A stretch of DNA of 64,000 nt from the sequence record PZ179880.1; one strand, written 5' to 3'. This document shows, one piece after another, positions 19,510-28,420 of this stretch. The position numbers were made by a program, and so were the translations under genes. The notes under the pieces are model-generated. The model had not been told where the DNA came from. It did no database searches and saw nothing but the letters and a program-made list of their open reading frames with translations. The stretch is from a phage. The first letter of the stretch is position 1. Every line of letters begins with the position of its first letter.

Positions 19510-19564
19510 AATAATCTCAATTAAAAGGGCTTAGAACCATTATACCATCCTTGGTATAAAGCGG

Positions 19565-20092
19565 TTATGCGAGTACCGTCTTTAACCGTTCTTCAAACTT
19601 CCGAAGAGTATTTTGGCGTTCAGCTCTTTGCTTTTTGTAAGTTTCAATACGCTCTGAAATGAGAGTGTATCGTTCATTTACTGATTCTTTCATAAAATCA
19701 GGAATTTCACGAGAAGCTTTAATCTCATCAAATTTATCAATAACAGCTTGCTCTTCAGCAATTAAGTTATCATACATCAAAATATCTTTCTTGATGAACT
19801 CAATATCTTCTTGAGTTACACGAGATAATTTAGATGCTTTATCCTTTTTGTACTGTTCATTAGTATCACGAGACCAGTGTAATGTACGATTTTTATTCGT
19901 ATTCTTGTAAATTTCTACAATACCAATCTCATCGATAATAACGATCCAATTCCAACGGGATTTGTAAATTTGTCCTCCATCAACCGTGATTTCACCTCCG
20001 ATTGAGATGTCATTAAAGAACTTGCTTTGTGCTTCAGATTTAAATTTACCATCGTTATAATTTACTAAGTTGAAAATATCTTTAGCGTTCAT
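19565..20092 (-). CDS. Hypothetical protein (175 aa)
   Basis: ORF downstream of an early promoter with an RBS-pairing inverted repeat. Confidence 0.5.
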   Translation of the reverse strand: MNAKDIFNLVNYNDGKFKSEAQSKFFNDISIGGEITVDGGQIYKSRWNWIVIIDEIGIVEIYKNTNKNRTLHWSRDTNEQYKKDKASKLSRVTQEDIEFIKKDILMYDNLIAEEQAVIDKFDEIKASREIPDFMKESVNERYTLISERIETYKKQRAERQNTLRKFEERLKTVLA

Positions 20093-20120
20093 TTTCTGTT
20101 CCTCCGTAGTTGATAGGGTA

Positions 20121-20149
20121 ATAATACCACAGAGGAACAGTCTTGTAAA
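20121..20149 (-). promoter_or_regulatory. sigma70-type early promoter (TTTACA, 17 nt, TATTAT) inside an RBS-sequestering inverted repeat
   Basis: Minus strand GGTTTACAagactgttcctctgtggTATTAT; arms at 20132-20140 and 20096-20104. Confidence 0.45.
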
Positions 20150-20152
20150 CCA

Positions 20153-20467
20153 CTAAAAGAAACTTCTTTCACAATTTTTTCCACTGAACCATGCACTTAC
20201 CGCTTTCTTGGTCTCAGGAGCAGTGTTATCCATAAACCATTCAAAGGCAGCCTTTTTGTGATTCTGGAGGGCTTCTCGGGCTTTAATCTGCTCACGGTCT
20301 ATTAACACTAACATATGAGCCTTTCTTGTCACCATGGGCTTCTTATGATTTTTTGAATACTCCCAGTCATTTGTCCATCGCATTGTCGTTGCGAACTTAA
20401 ATACTGCTTCTTTAATTTTAGTTTCGTAAATTTCACGAGCCTTTGAGTATAACATCATTACCTCCAT
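20153..20467 (-). CDS. Hypothetical protein (104 aa)
   Basis: ORF. Confidence 0.45.
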   Translation of the reverse strand: MEVMMLYSKAREIYETKIKEAVFKFATTMRWTNDWEYSKNHKKPMVTRKAHMLVLIDREQIKAREALQNHKKAAFEWFMDNTAPETKKAVSAWFSGKNCERSFF

Positions 20468-20556
20468 TCACCAGTTTAATTCTAGTTATCTTTTTAATGG
20501 CAGTCCATATAATCTATTTCTGAACTGCCTTTTTGTCATAGAAGTCCTCTTATGAA

Positions 20557-21537
20557 TTATTTCAGAAGAGTAACCTCAGCAATTTCTTCCCAACCGTTTT
20601 TGTCGGTCATAATAAAGTCAGCAAGATAAAGAGCAGTACGCAGTGAAACATTGCGTAAACGATTAACATTAACTTTCATCCATGATAATGCTTTATAAGT
20701 TTCTTCATCAGAAAGACCGCGCTTTTGCATCATGTCAGTTGAAAGAATAACATCTTCAACCCTGACCATAATTTCTTCATTAGTGTGAACACCCAAATCC
20801 AAATAAACCGAGCGGGACACTAATGCTTGTAAATGTGGAGCAAGTTTAGTACCACGGTCTAATTCGCGGTCAATGTCAACGTTTGTGATAAAAACAATCG
20901 TTCCTTTAAATTCAAACTCACGCTCAATGCCTTTTTCTTCTAAGTAAGAAGATGCGGTGCTCCAGCAGACTTTACGGGTCTCTCCAGTGTCCAGAGCAGC
21001 TTTCAGAAGATTAAGAATGTCCATATCAGAGAAAACATCCACATCATCAATCAAAAGGACAGAATTCTCTTCACGATTATTCCAAAGCTGCTCATAAAGA
21101 CCAATACCAGAGATTTTACCATTAATGCTTTTATATTCAATGTATCCAATATCATTTGCTTTATTTAAAGCTTTATCTAAAGAATACGTTTTACCAATAC
21201 CTGCTGCGCCAGAGATAATTAATGAACGAATATTTCCATTAATAATACCATTCGTCATCATTCCCATAACATTAAATCTTTTATTAATGCGGGTTTTCAT
21301 ATCTTCATACGATTCTTTAATTTCTTCAACTTTTACACCATCATATGAAATATCTGATTTGTAAACCCAAACACCGCGACGTTTACCGTCAATTTCAACA
21401 AAAACTTTACCATCTCCTTGTGCATCTACCGGAGCATTATCTGGGAACCATTCGCCTAAGAGCTCAAAAGTTCCAGAGATTTCTTTACCGAAGTAGATAC
21501 CCTTATTGATAGTTACAGTTTTCATTTTATTCTCCAA
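20557..21537 (-). CDS. P-loop AAA-type ATPase (326 aa)
   Basis: Walker A GAAGIGKT and Walker B VLLIDDVD. Confidence 0.6.
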   Translation of the reverse strand: MENKMKTVTINKGIYFGKEISGTFELLGEWFPDNAPVDAQGDGKVFVEIDGKRRGVWVYKSDISYDGVKVEEIKESYEDMKTRINKRFNVMGMMTNGIINGNIRSLIISGAAGIGKTYSLDKALNKANDIGYIEYKSINGKISGIGLYEQLWNNREENSVLLIDDVDVFSDMDILNLLKAALDTGETRKVCWSTASSYLEEKGIEREFEFKGTIVFITNVDIDRELDRGTKLAPHLQALVSRSVYLDLGVHTNEEIMVRVEDVILSTDMMQKRGLSDEETYKALSWMKVNVNRLRNVSLRTALYLADFIMTDKNGWEEIAEVTLLK

Positions 21538-21561
21538 TTTTACATTTGTTTTGATAGGGTA

Positions 21562-21591
21562 ATAGTATCACACTACTACCCTGCTGTAAAC
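21562..21591 (-). promoter_or_regulatory. sigma70-type early promoter with inverted repeat around the -10
   Basis: Minus strand TGTTTACAgcagggtagtagtgtgaTACTAT; inverted-repeat arms 21556-21564 and 21575-21583. Confidence 0.4.
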
Positions 21592-21594
21592 AAT

Positions 21595-21858
21595 TTATTT
21601 TAATGTTTGCCAAATTTTTACTGCTTCGCGACGAGATACTTCTACGGCGCCAAGTTCTATAGCTTTTTGGCGTCGCCGAGCGTGTAAGTCATAATGTTTA
21701 ATGCGTTTATCTTGAAACCAAGAACGTTTCATTCCTATTGCTTCTGCCATTTCATGAAGCTCTTCAATATCTCCATCAGTGAACATATGACAATTTTTAG
21801 TTGGATGACCGCGAAGTTTCCATCCATGATTCATTAAAACATCTACGTAAACTGTCAT
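21595..21858 (-). CDS. Hypothetical protein (87 aa); by recollection resembles DUF4031-type proteins
   Basis: Motifs CHMFTD...EELHEMAEAIGMKRSWFQ...HYDL; family assignment from memory, unverified. Confidence 0.45.
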   Translation of the reverse strand: MTVYVDVLMNHGWKLRGHPTKNCHMFTDGDIEELHEMAEAIGMKRSWFQDKRIKHYDLHARRRQKAIELGAVEVSRREAVKIWQTLK

Positions 21859-22004
21859 TGATTCTGCTCCAAATATGTTTCTATAATTTTCTGAGCGAGA
21901 TAAACTGCATTATCTTCAGTTGCATCTTCTAAGAAACTTTCAAAACACTCTGAAATTTCTTCTGTGTCAATCAACTTTTTTACTTCAATTGGTGTAATTT
22001 TCAT
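21855..22004 (-). CDS. Hypothetical small protein (49 aa from MKITPIEV)
   Basis: The 5' part of the track ORF is occupied by the promoter at 22042-22070, so the start is placed at the next Met. Confidence 0.4.
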   Translation of the reverse strand: MKITPIEVKKLIDTEEISECFESFLEDATEDNAVYLAQKIIETYLEQNQ

Positions 22005-22041
22005 TTTGTTTTTCCGTTTAAGTGTTTGTTTTGATAGTTGT

Positions 22042-22070
22042 ATAGTACCATAAAGCTTTATGCTTGTAAA
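22042..22070 (-). promoter_or_regulatory. sigma70-type early promoter (TTTACA, 17 nt, TACTAT)
   Basis: Minus strand TGTTTACAagcataaagctttatggTACTAT; spacer contains the palindrome CATAAAGCTTTATG. Confidence 0.4.
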
Positions 22071-22100
22071 CAATTTTGTGAAAAATTTTTGAAATAAAAA

Positions 22101-22120
22101 AGGGAGCCCGAAGGCTCCCT
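22101..22120 (-). terminator. UUCG-tetraloop hairpin after the nucleotidyltransferase-like gene
   Basis: agggagcccgaaggctccct perfect stem-loop. Confidence 0.45.
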
Positions 22121-22121
22121 A

Positions 22122-23135
22122 TCATTTATAATAACTTCGGTGGTTTTCAAGATAAACCCTCTCAAGGAAGTCATCCCAAAAACCCATGTCTACTTTTTGC
22201 TGCATACCGTTCTTAGAAGCTTCAGTAGATGCTGCTTCTACTTGATCGACCACATCTTCCAAAAACTCTTGAACCGTTTTAAATGGATGTTTACCCAACT
22301 TCACGTCGAGAATAAATGGAGCATCTTGGAGTGGATAAACCAAGTCACCAGTTTTGTAAATTTCCAATAGTTGGAGTCCACCACGGCAAGCATGACTCAG
22401 AGCTTTCCAGTCAATACCTTCATTGGCTTCGGCCTTACGAGCACGTTCACCGTATTCAGCATCTAATTTGTTCAGTGACTGCTTAAGCTCAATAAGAGAA
22501 AGCGTTGTCTGATATTTACGACCCAACACTGTGTAGAACGTCTGTGGGCCTGTTTTCTCATGATTATGGAACACCCATTCACAGAATTCGTTTTCTGGAA
22601 GACGATGCTTAATATCTTCAACTTTAGTACGACGCTGCTTAATGGAACCGTCTTCTTGGTAATCAACCCATTGCTCAGGGATTTGATTAACTACTTTCAA
22701 TACATCACGTAATGCAGCCAAACGAGAACCCTTAACGCCGTATTTAGAAGCTTGCTTACGGACATATCCTAAATAGGATTTCATGTTAGTCGTATAAAAA
22801 CGAGAACGGTTGTCTTGAATAAACTTCCACACATCAGGCAAATCAGATTTAACCACTAGTTCAGGTGGAGTGTGAAGCATATCTAACGCTACAGTTTCAC
22901 CATCTGCTGCTAATTTAAAGAAATACTTAAGACTATACAATTCGTGGTCAATATCATCTTTAGTGTTTTTAGATGATGTGTTGTTAGTGTTTTTACTCAT
23001 GTGCTCTTTAACATTTCCGATAAGAATATCACGAGCAGGAGGAACAAAGATTTCTTTAAAATCTACATCAGATTCTGGGGTAGAAGTTCCATAAAGATGA
23101 CTACCAAAATAGCTTTTCATTACTGTTTTCATCAT
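22122..23135 (-). CDS. Nucleotidyltransferase-fold protein (337 aa)
   Basis: N-terminal GSHLYGTSTPESDVDFKEIF fits the pol-beta-type NTase signature (GS...DxD). Confidence 0.55.
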   Translation of the reverse strand: MMKTVMKSYFGSHLYGTSTPESDVDFKEIFVPPARDILIGNVKEHMSKNTNNTSSKNTKDDIDHELYSLKYFFKLAADGETVALDMLHTPPELVVKSDLPDVWKFIQDNRSRFYTTNMKSYLGYVRKQASKYGVKGSRLAALRDVLKVVNQIPEQWVDYQEDGSIKQRRTKVEDIKHRLPENEFCEWVFHNHEKTGPQTFYTVLGRKYQTTLSLIELKQSLNKLDAEYGERARKAEANEGIDWKALSHACRGGLQLLEIYKTGDLVYPLQDAPFILDVKLGKHPFKTVQEFLEDVVDQVEAASTEASKNGMQQKVDMGFWDDFLERVYLENHRSYYK

Positions 23136-23593
23136 TCAGCCTTATATTCAATAACAGGACATACTTTAGCTTTACGAGCTTTTAAAAATTCGACGATAAT
23201 CGATTTCTTGGGTTGAATAGGAGGTAAACCTTTATACGCCCTATCAATATTTTCTACGTGTAAAGCATAATCCTTTTTCCATTTATAATCTTTATATTTT
23301 TCACGCAAATGCGCAGGAATAACAAATGAACCGATAATAAGTAAAACAAGCAAAATGGCAAGTATAAATGCTGATGGAATAAGAGTCCATAAACTACCAA
23401 AAATAAGCCATTTCTGTATGATTTCTGCACAGATGATAGTTAGACCTACGAGTATAGTACATCCGAAAAAAGAAACGAAAAATGTAGGGATAACAATAGA
23501 CCAAAAGTATGCGCATAGTGTCTTAGGTCGTTTCCATTCGTCGTTAAACATTTTAAATAATTTATAGTGCCAAGAGCTTTCATTAATAATCAT
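23132..23593 (-). CDS. Hypothetical membrane protein (153 aa)
   Basis: Several hydrophobic helices (FFVSFFGCTILVGLTIICAEII, LILAILLVLLIIGSFVI). Confidence 0.5.
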   Translation of the reverse strand: MIINESSWHYKLFKMFNDEWKRPKTLCAYFWSIVIPTFFVSFFGCTILVGLTIICAEIIQKWLIFGSLWTLIPSAFILAILLVLLIIGSFVIPAHLREKYKDYKWKKDYALHVENIDRAYKGLPPIQPKKSIIVEFLKARKAKVCPVIEYKAE

Positions 23594-23595
23594 AA

Positions 23596-24117
23596 TTATC
23601 CTTTCATTGAAGGTGTAACAGTTGTTAAATACTTAATCATAGCTTCAGCTTCTGATTTTGATAATGAAATTTCTTCATTGTTTTGACGAATAGAAATAAA
23701 ATCCGGATGACGGTCACCACCAGCTTTTAAAACACACATATAAGTATCAGTTTCATCTTCAATATCTGAAATGATTGAAGCAGTTCCACACGAATGTGGT
23801 TTTTGATAAATCAATACAGCTTTTCTTCCACCATTTGACTGTTCATAAACTTTTAATACATCAAACAAATCACTTCTTTTATCAATAGCTAAAATGTTAT
23901 TTTCATCTTCAATGTTAAATCCTTCGGATACTTCATAAAGTGTCACCCATAAATCACCTATATCGATAGTAGCATTTTCCTTTCCATGACTTTCAAGAGC
24001 ATGACAAATTTTCTTAATTTCGTCATAACTCATTTTAATAATATCATCTCCTTGAATAAGGAAGATGTCATTTTTAAATTCAACACGAATTAAACCGCTT
24101 CCACTTGAAATAAACAT
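23596..24117 (-). CDS. Hypothetical protein (173 aa), paralogue of the next ORF
   Basis: C-terminal LSKSEAEAMIKYLTTVTPSM aligns with FTKDEAIALKTYLDSVIPTM of ORF 24124-24678. Confidence 0.5.
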   Translation of the reverse strand: MFISSGSGLIRVEFKNDIFLIQGDDIIKMSYDEIKKICHALESHGKENATIDIGDLWVTLYEVSEGFNIEDENNILAIDKRSDLFDVLKVYEQSNGGRKAVLIYQKPHSCGTASIISDIEDETDTYMCVLKAGGDRHPDFISIRQNNEEISLSKSEAEAMIKYLTTVTPSMKG

Positions 24118-24123
24118 ATTTCC

Positions 24124-24678
24124 TCACTTTGAAATCATAGTTGGAATGACAGAATCAAGATAAGTCTTTAACGCAATAGCTTCGTCTTTGGTAAATGTGA
24201 CAATATGTGATCGAAAATCGTCAATTTGGCGAATAGTTAAGACATCTCCCTCTTCATAACATTTTGATACATTTAAAAGAGTTTCATCATTCTGATTGCA
24301 AGCGTTAGTAATAATAGCATTGCAATTTTTGAGCCATTTTAAACTATGTTTTCTTTCATTAGAATAATAAAAATATTTAATCTTAGCTATAAAACTATCC
24401 CAATGGATAACTGATAAACACATTGACTCACTTTTAATATTAAATCCTGGGCATGAAGAATAAAAATGAATTTTGTGCTCATCATTGATGCTTACTATTT
24501 TATCAGTATAAGGATATTCAATTTGGGTTAAATGAATGATTTCACTAGGCGTAAAATATAGCATATCGTCTTCTTGCGTCAAACGATACATGTTATTTAC
24601 TTTTTCTATAGCCAATTCACCAAAAAGCGGACTAACTTCTAATACTAATCGTTTCATATTAATCCTTTTTATTGGCAT
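24124..24678 (-). CDS. Hypothetical protein (184 aa), paralogue of the previous ORF
   Basis: Shared C-terminal motif. Confidence 0.5.
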   Translation of the reverse strand: MPIKRINMKRLVLEVSPLFGELAIEKVNNMYRLTQEDDMLYFTPSEIIHLTQIEYPYTDKIVSINDEHKIHFYSSCPGFNIKSESMCLSVIHWDSFIAKIKYFYYSNERKHSLKWLKNCNAIITNACNQNDETLLNVSKCYEEGDVLTIRQIDDFRSHIVTFTKDEAIALKTYLDSVIPTMISK

Positions 24679-24937
24679 GAATTTGTTCTAAAATTTTAGA
24701 GTATTCCTTTGTATCAGATTTACGTACAATCGATACACTATAAGGCATACTATCGGTATCTTTTATAAAGCGTTCCAAATGACACTCTAACAAAATTTCT
24801 GGGTTATAAATCGTGTACATCAAATTACCTGTTGCTCCACGATATTGACAGATTTCTACTGATTGAGCATCATTCCACAATTTTGTTAAGACTAAATCGC
24901 CTACTTCTAATTTAGGAAAGCCCATGTTATTCACCAA
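24659..24937 (-). CDS. Hypothetical protein (92 aa)
   Basis: ORF. Confidence 0.45.
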   Translation of the reverse strand: MVNNMGFPKLEVGDLVLTKLWNDAQSVEICQYRGATGNLMYTIYNPEILLECHLERFIKDTDSMPYSVSIVRKSDTKEYSKILEQIHANKKD

Positions 24938-25112
24938 TTAAAGTTTCAATATAAGAATCAAGATTTACTTTAGCTTCTTCCATAAGAGTTTTGTATTTAA
25001 TCTTGTTAGCATGTCCGGAGAAAGCTGATTCATCAATAATTGTTGATGTATGAACAGCTTTACTATACGTCTCAATTAATTCTCTTAATTTAAAAGCCTG
25101 CTCACTTGTCAT
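24927..25112 (-). CDS. Small helical protein (61 aa), member of a short paralogue family
   Basis: N-terminus MTSEQAFKLRELIETY resembles four other small ORFs. Confidence 0.45.
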   Translation of the reverse strand: MTSEQAFKLRELIETYSKAVHTSTIIDESAFSGHANKIKYKTLMEEAKVNLDSYIETLIGE

Positions 25113-25281
25113 TACATACTCCTTTGAATAATATCAATAATGTTGTTCACCAGATTATAAGTAAACATTGGGTAATTATATTGAATCATCACATACACAA
25201 CAAACAAAACTTTCATTCTCTTCTCCTTGGCAGTTGACAAGATTACTATACCATAACCTTGCCAACTTGTAAACCATTAAA

Positions 25282-25452
25282 TGACGTTTTCAATAAAATT
25301 CTGAAGCTTTGTATGAGCATCAACCATGATTTTCAATTCTTCTTTAGCGAAAGCTGTACCTCTTTCACGAGAAGAACATTCATAGTCAGAAACTGCATTA
25401 GCATATTCTTCAATTAGCTTCATTAAAAACATCTGCTTTTCAGTTTTCATTA
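25282..25452 (-). CDS. Small helical protein (57 aa, below ORF-track cutoff), same family
   Basis: Translation MKTEKQMFLMKLIEEYANAV... Confidence 0.35.
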
Positions 25453-25634
25453 TTCCACCTAATCATTTCAAGATATTGAACTAACTTAGCTTTAGATTTA
25501 TCCAAATCCTTTTTAGCTGCTTCTATACCATCGTATGAATATCCTTCACAATGCTCAACTGCTAATTGATATGAATCTATTTCAATATCACGTGCTAATT
25601 TAATGATTTTTTCAAACTGTTCGCGTGTTAGCAT
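25440..25634 (-). CDS. Small helical protein (64 aa), same family
   Basis: N-terminus MLTREQFEKIIKLARDIE. Confidence 0.45.
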   Translation of the reverse strand: MLTREQFEKIIKLARDIEIDSYQLAVEHCEGYSYDGIEAAKKDLDKSKAKLVQYLEMIRWNNEN

Positions 25635-25636
25635 AC

Positions 25637-25819
25637 TTACACTCTCGTATTATGATCGATAATTTCATCAAGAAACATATCTAACGCTTCTACAGCATTA
25701 TCAACTTTAGCTTCAAATTCTTCAATACCTGATAAGGCAAAGTTAATGCGTTCCTCATCTGCTTTGCGAATTAAAGCTATCAATTCCTTAATTTTATCCG
25801 CTTGTTCAATGCTAGTCAT
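25637..25819 (-). CDS. Small helical protein (about 60 aa from [14 protein letters not shown]), same family
   Basis: Start placed at an internal Met that restores the family N-terminal motif. Confidence 0.4.
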   Translation of the reverse strand: MTSIEQADKIKELIALIRKADEERINFALSGIEEFEAKVDNAVEALDMFLDEIIDHNTRV

Positions 25820-26007
25820 TATTCCACCACATATGAAAGAGAGAATATTGCACACGCCATATGAGTTGCAACTTCATCACACATATCATAACGTTTCTTA
25901 AGAAGTTCTACAAGTTCTTCACTAGTGACTTCATCCATGTCGACGAAAAAATCACCATTAATGATGACATAGATATTTCCTTCTTGATTAAGTGCTTCAA
26001 TTTTCAT
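25819..26007 (-). CDS. Hypothetical protein (62 aa from MKIEALNQ)
   Basis: RBS GAGGAG precedes this Met; the upstream part of the track ORF is an early promoter (TTTACT...TACTAT). Confidence 0.45.
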   Translation of the reverse strand: MKIEALNQEGNIYVIINGDFFVDMDEVTSEELVELLKKRYDMCDEVATHMACAIFSLSYVVE

Positions 26008-26080
26008 GATGTTCTCCTCTTTATCCGATGGTTGTATAGTACCACAGCTCAAACGGAAAGTAAACCGGTAAAATGAAAAA

Positions 26081-26098
26081 AGTCTCCCGAAGGAGACT
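26081..26098 (-). terminator. UUCG-tetraloop hairpin
   Basis: agtctcccgaaggagact. Confidence 0.45.
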
Positions 26099-26102
26099 AA
26101 TG

Positions 26103-26489
26103 TTATTCGAGGGAAAGAAGATACTTACTCTGGTAAAACATTCCAGTAATATCATCTATCGTGCTTTGGATGGCTGGAGGCATTTCTTTATAAATGCTGT
26201 TAGATTGGTCTAGTATGCGATCAATCATTTTAATTGTGTCGGTAGGAAGTTTACTAGCATCTGGAATTGAAGGTGTGTATTTTCTACCAGAATACCCCAA
26301 ATATTGCTCACCAAATTTATCAATCAAATCTGGCAACTCGGAGAAAATAAAATCGTATGCTTTGTGTCTAGCATAACTTTTAGTTTCAAAATGTGCAGAA
26401 TGAAAATAAGCTTGTGCAGCCATTAATAAACCTAAGTATTCATCTGCCTTTGAAGGTTTTCCACTTTGTGAAAAGTCGCTGAATTTCAT
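26103..26489 (-). CDS. Hypothetical protein (128 aa)
   Basis: ORF immediately upstream of rI. Confidence 0.5.
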   Translation of the reverse strand: MKFSDFSQSGKPSKADEYLGLLMAAQAYFHSAHFETKSYARHKAYDFIFSELPDLIDKFGEQYLGYSGRKYTPSIPDASKLPTDTIKMIDRILDQSNSIYKEMPPAIQSTIDDITGMFYQSKYLLSLE

Positions 26490-26779
26490 TCAGTCTCCAA
26501 TTTAATGTTCATAATTCTAGCGTATGATTGTGCCATCTCCGCGCCTCGCTCTATACATTCAAAATCGGAAGAGCACGGGTCATTTTTATAAGTCGTTCGC
26601 ATAAAACTATAGAACTGTTCAGATGATTCTACGCTTTTGTTTTCAAAAAGCATATAAACGTGTCTAATACCAGATTCCATAAATTTATCAAAATGAGGAT
26701 CGACATTCGCTTCAATTGGTGGAGATAAAGCAAACGCTAATCCTAGCATGGCAAATAGTGCCGTTGCTTTTAAGGCCAT
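26486..26779 (-). CDS. rI: Lysis-inhibition regulator RI (97 aa, signal-anchor protein)
   Basis: MALKATALFAMLGLAFALSPPIEANVDPHFDKFMESGIRHVYMLFENKS matches T4 RI; hydrophobic N-terminal anchor. Confidence 0.85.
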   Translation of the reverse strand: MALKATALFAMLGLAFALSPPIEANVDPHFDKFMESGIRHVYMLFENKSVESSEQFYSFMRTTYKNDPCSSDFECIERGAEMAQSYARIMNIKLETE

Positions 26780-26791
26780 AAAGGCCTCCTA

Positions 26792-27004
26792 TCATTTTTG
26801 TCCTGTATTTACTTTATGCCGATGCACGGCCTTAACTTTATCAAGGTATTTTTCAAAATTTCGCAATCTAGTATAGTCTGCCGGAGATTGGTTGAGTGAT
26901 ACTTCTCGACGCAAAGCTGAAATGATATTTCCAACTTCCCTACGAATTTCATCTAATTGAAGAACAGTAAGATTGCGAAGTTGCTTTTCAGTTAATTGTA
27001 GCAT
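26792..27004 (-). CDS. Hypothetical protein (70 aa)
   Basis: ORF between tk and rI. Confidence 0.45.
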
Positions 27005-27046
27005 ATATACCCCTTTAGTTAGATAAACCTATTTATAACTTTTGCA

Positions 27047-27628
27047 CTAACCGAGCTTTTTAGTTAATTCATTCCAATGTTTTCTACACAAAGAAACATA
27101 AATTTCATCACCAATACAGATTTGATTACCTTCTTTAACTGGTGTTCCATCTTCCATTAATCGAGCTGTCATAATCGCTTTTTTACCGCAATGACAAACT
27201 GCCTTTAGTTCAATAAGTTTATCTGCAATCGCCAAAAGTTCTTTAGAACCTTCAAATAATTTTCCGGCGAAATCAGTCCTTAGACCATAAGCCATAACAG
27301 GAACATTATATGTATCAACAATTCGACTTAATTGATGCACCTGTTCAGTTTTTAAAAACTGGGCTTCATCTACAAATACACAATGAATATCTTTTTGTGC
27401 TTCAGCCCATTTATAGAACTCAAAAATATCCATATCATCCGTAATAATATTCGCTTCCTGCTTAATTCCAATGCGAGAAACGACTTCACAGACAGAATCG
27501 CGAGTATCAATAGCAGGCTTAAGAACTAATACACCCATTCCGCGTTCTTTATAATTATGTGCAGCAGTCAAAAGAGAAGCAGATTTTCCAGCATTCATTG
27601 CTGCGTAAGTAAAAATTAAACTCGCCAT
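27047..27628 (-). CDS. tk: Thymidine kinase (193 aa)
   Basis: P-loop MNAGKSASLL, C-terminal zinc-binding CxxC...CxxH; T4 Tk length. Confidence 0.95.
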   Translation of the reverse strand: MASLIFTYAAMNAGKSASLLTAAHNYKERGMGVLVLKPAIDTRDSVCEVVSRIGIKQEANIITDDMDIFEFYKWAEAQKDIHCVFVDEAQFLKTEQVHQLSRIVDTYNVPVMAYGLRTDFAGKLFEGSKELLAIADKLIELKAVCHCGKKAIMTARLMEDGTPVKEGNQICIGDEIYVSLCRKHWNELTKKLG

Positions 27629-27637
27629 ATCACCTTC

Positions 27638-27823
27638 TTAAAGCATATTCACATAAGCTATTAATTCGTTTTCTTTCTTATCAAACCGATCAGCAAATTC
27701 TTCTTGCTGTTCGGGAGATAGCGGGCCGTATTCATCATAAAAGGTGTTTGCTTCTGTATGCTCATCTAGAAGTTCATGGATAAGCTCAAACAATTTATCT
27801 TTTTGTTCTTTACTCAGACTCAT
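27638..27823 (-). CDS. Small acidic helical protein (61 aa), same small-protein family
   Basis: N-terminus MSLSKEQKDKLFELIHELL. Confidence 0.45.
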   Translation of the reverse strand: MSLSKEQKDKLFELIHELLDEHTEANTFYDEYGPLSPEQQEEFADRFDKKENELIAYVNML

Positions 27824-27989
27824 ATATTAATTTCCAGGAGTTTTAAAATAATTCGCTTTTGCTTAAATATTTCCATAGTTAAATGACCAGTATCTTTTTG
27901 ACCGATTCCAATGGCAAAACCTTTATTGACAGCGAGTTCAATTAAATTATCAAGCTCACGTAACACTTCATACTGTAACTCAAAACTAT

Positions 27990-28202
27990 TCATTTCGGTT
28001 TACCTTCTTTAACGAAATCTGGATAAGGATAAAATCCCGAATAAAATCCTTCACCTTTATGATTGATGCATCCTTTATTAGAACAATAACACCAATAATC
28101 GAAATCACAAGCCATTTCATCGTTGCATAAAGCAAAAACAACTGGCCATTTACACTTTTCACAATGGGCATTTTTAAGAATACTAGTTTGGCTCATAACC
28201 AT
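27990..28202 (-). CDS. Cys-rich hypothetical protein (70 aa)
   Basis: HCEKCKW...CNDEMACDFDYWCYCSNKGCINH suggests metal binding. Confidence 0.45.
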   Translation of the reverse strand: MVMSQTSILKNAHCEKCKWPVVFALCNDEMACDFDYWCYCSNKGCINHKGEGFYSGFYPYPDFVKEGKPK

Positions 28203-28420
28203 GTAACCTTTAAGCAGTATTCTTCTACATGCTGTTTACGACCTTTCTTATCAATAAAGGTATATTCAACGAATGTTCCAATGTAGTCTTTATCTACATC
28301 ATGCGGACTATTAATTGGACATTTAGTACGGCAAATGCGTTCCCATTGACGAATAATTACTGCCTTATTCTTTGGGTCATATGGATGTGGATAATGTATA
28401 TTCATAATAACGGTTCCCAA
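28193..28420 (-). CDS. Hypothetical protein (75 aa)
   Basis: ORF. Confidence 0.45.
   Translation of the reverse strand: MGTVIMNIHYPHPYDPKNKAVIIRQWERICRTKCPINSPHDVDKDYIGTFVEYTFIDKKGRKQHVEEYCLKVTWL

Noticed and set aside
27638-28420. Assigning one of the small ORFs between tk and the macro-domain gene as Acb2 (T4 Vs.4)
   Set aside because: I cannot recall the Acb2 sequence well enough and none of the candidates is obviously the expected helical protein of about 90 aa; mentioned only as something to check.
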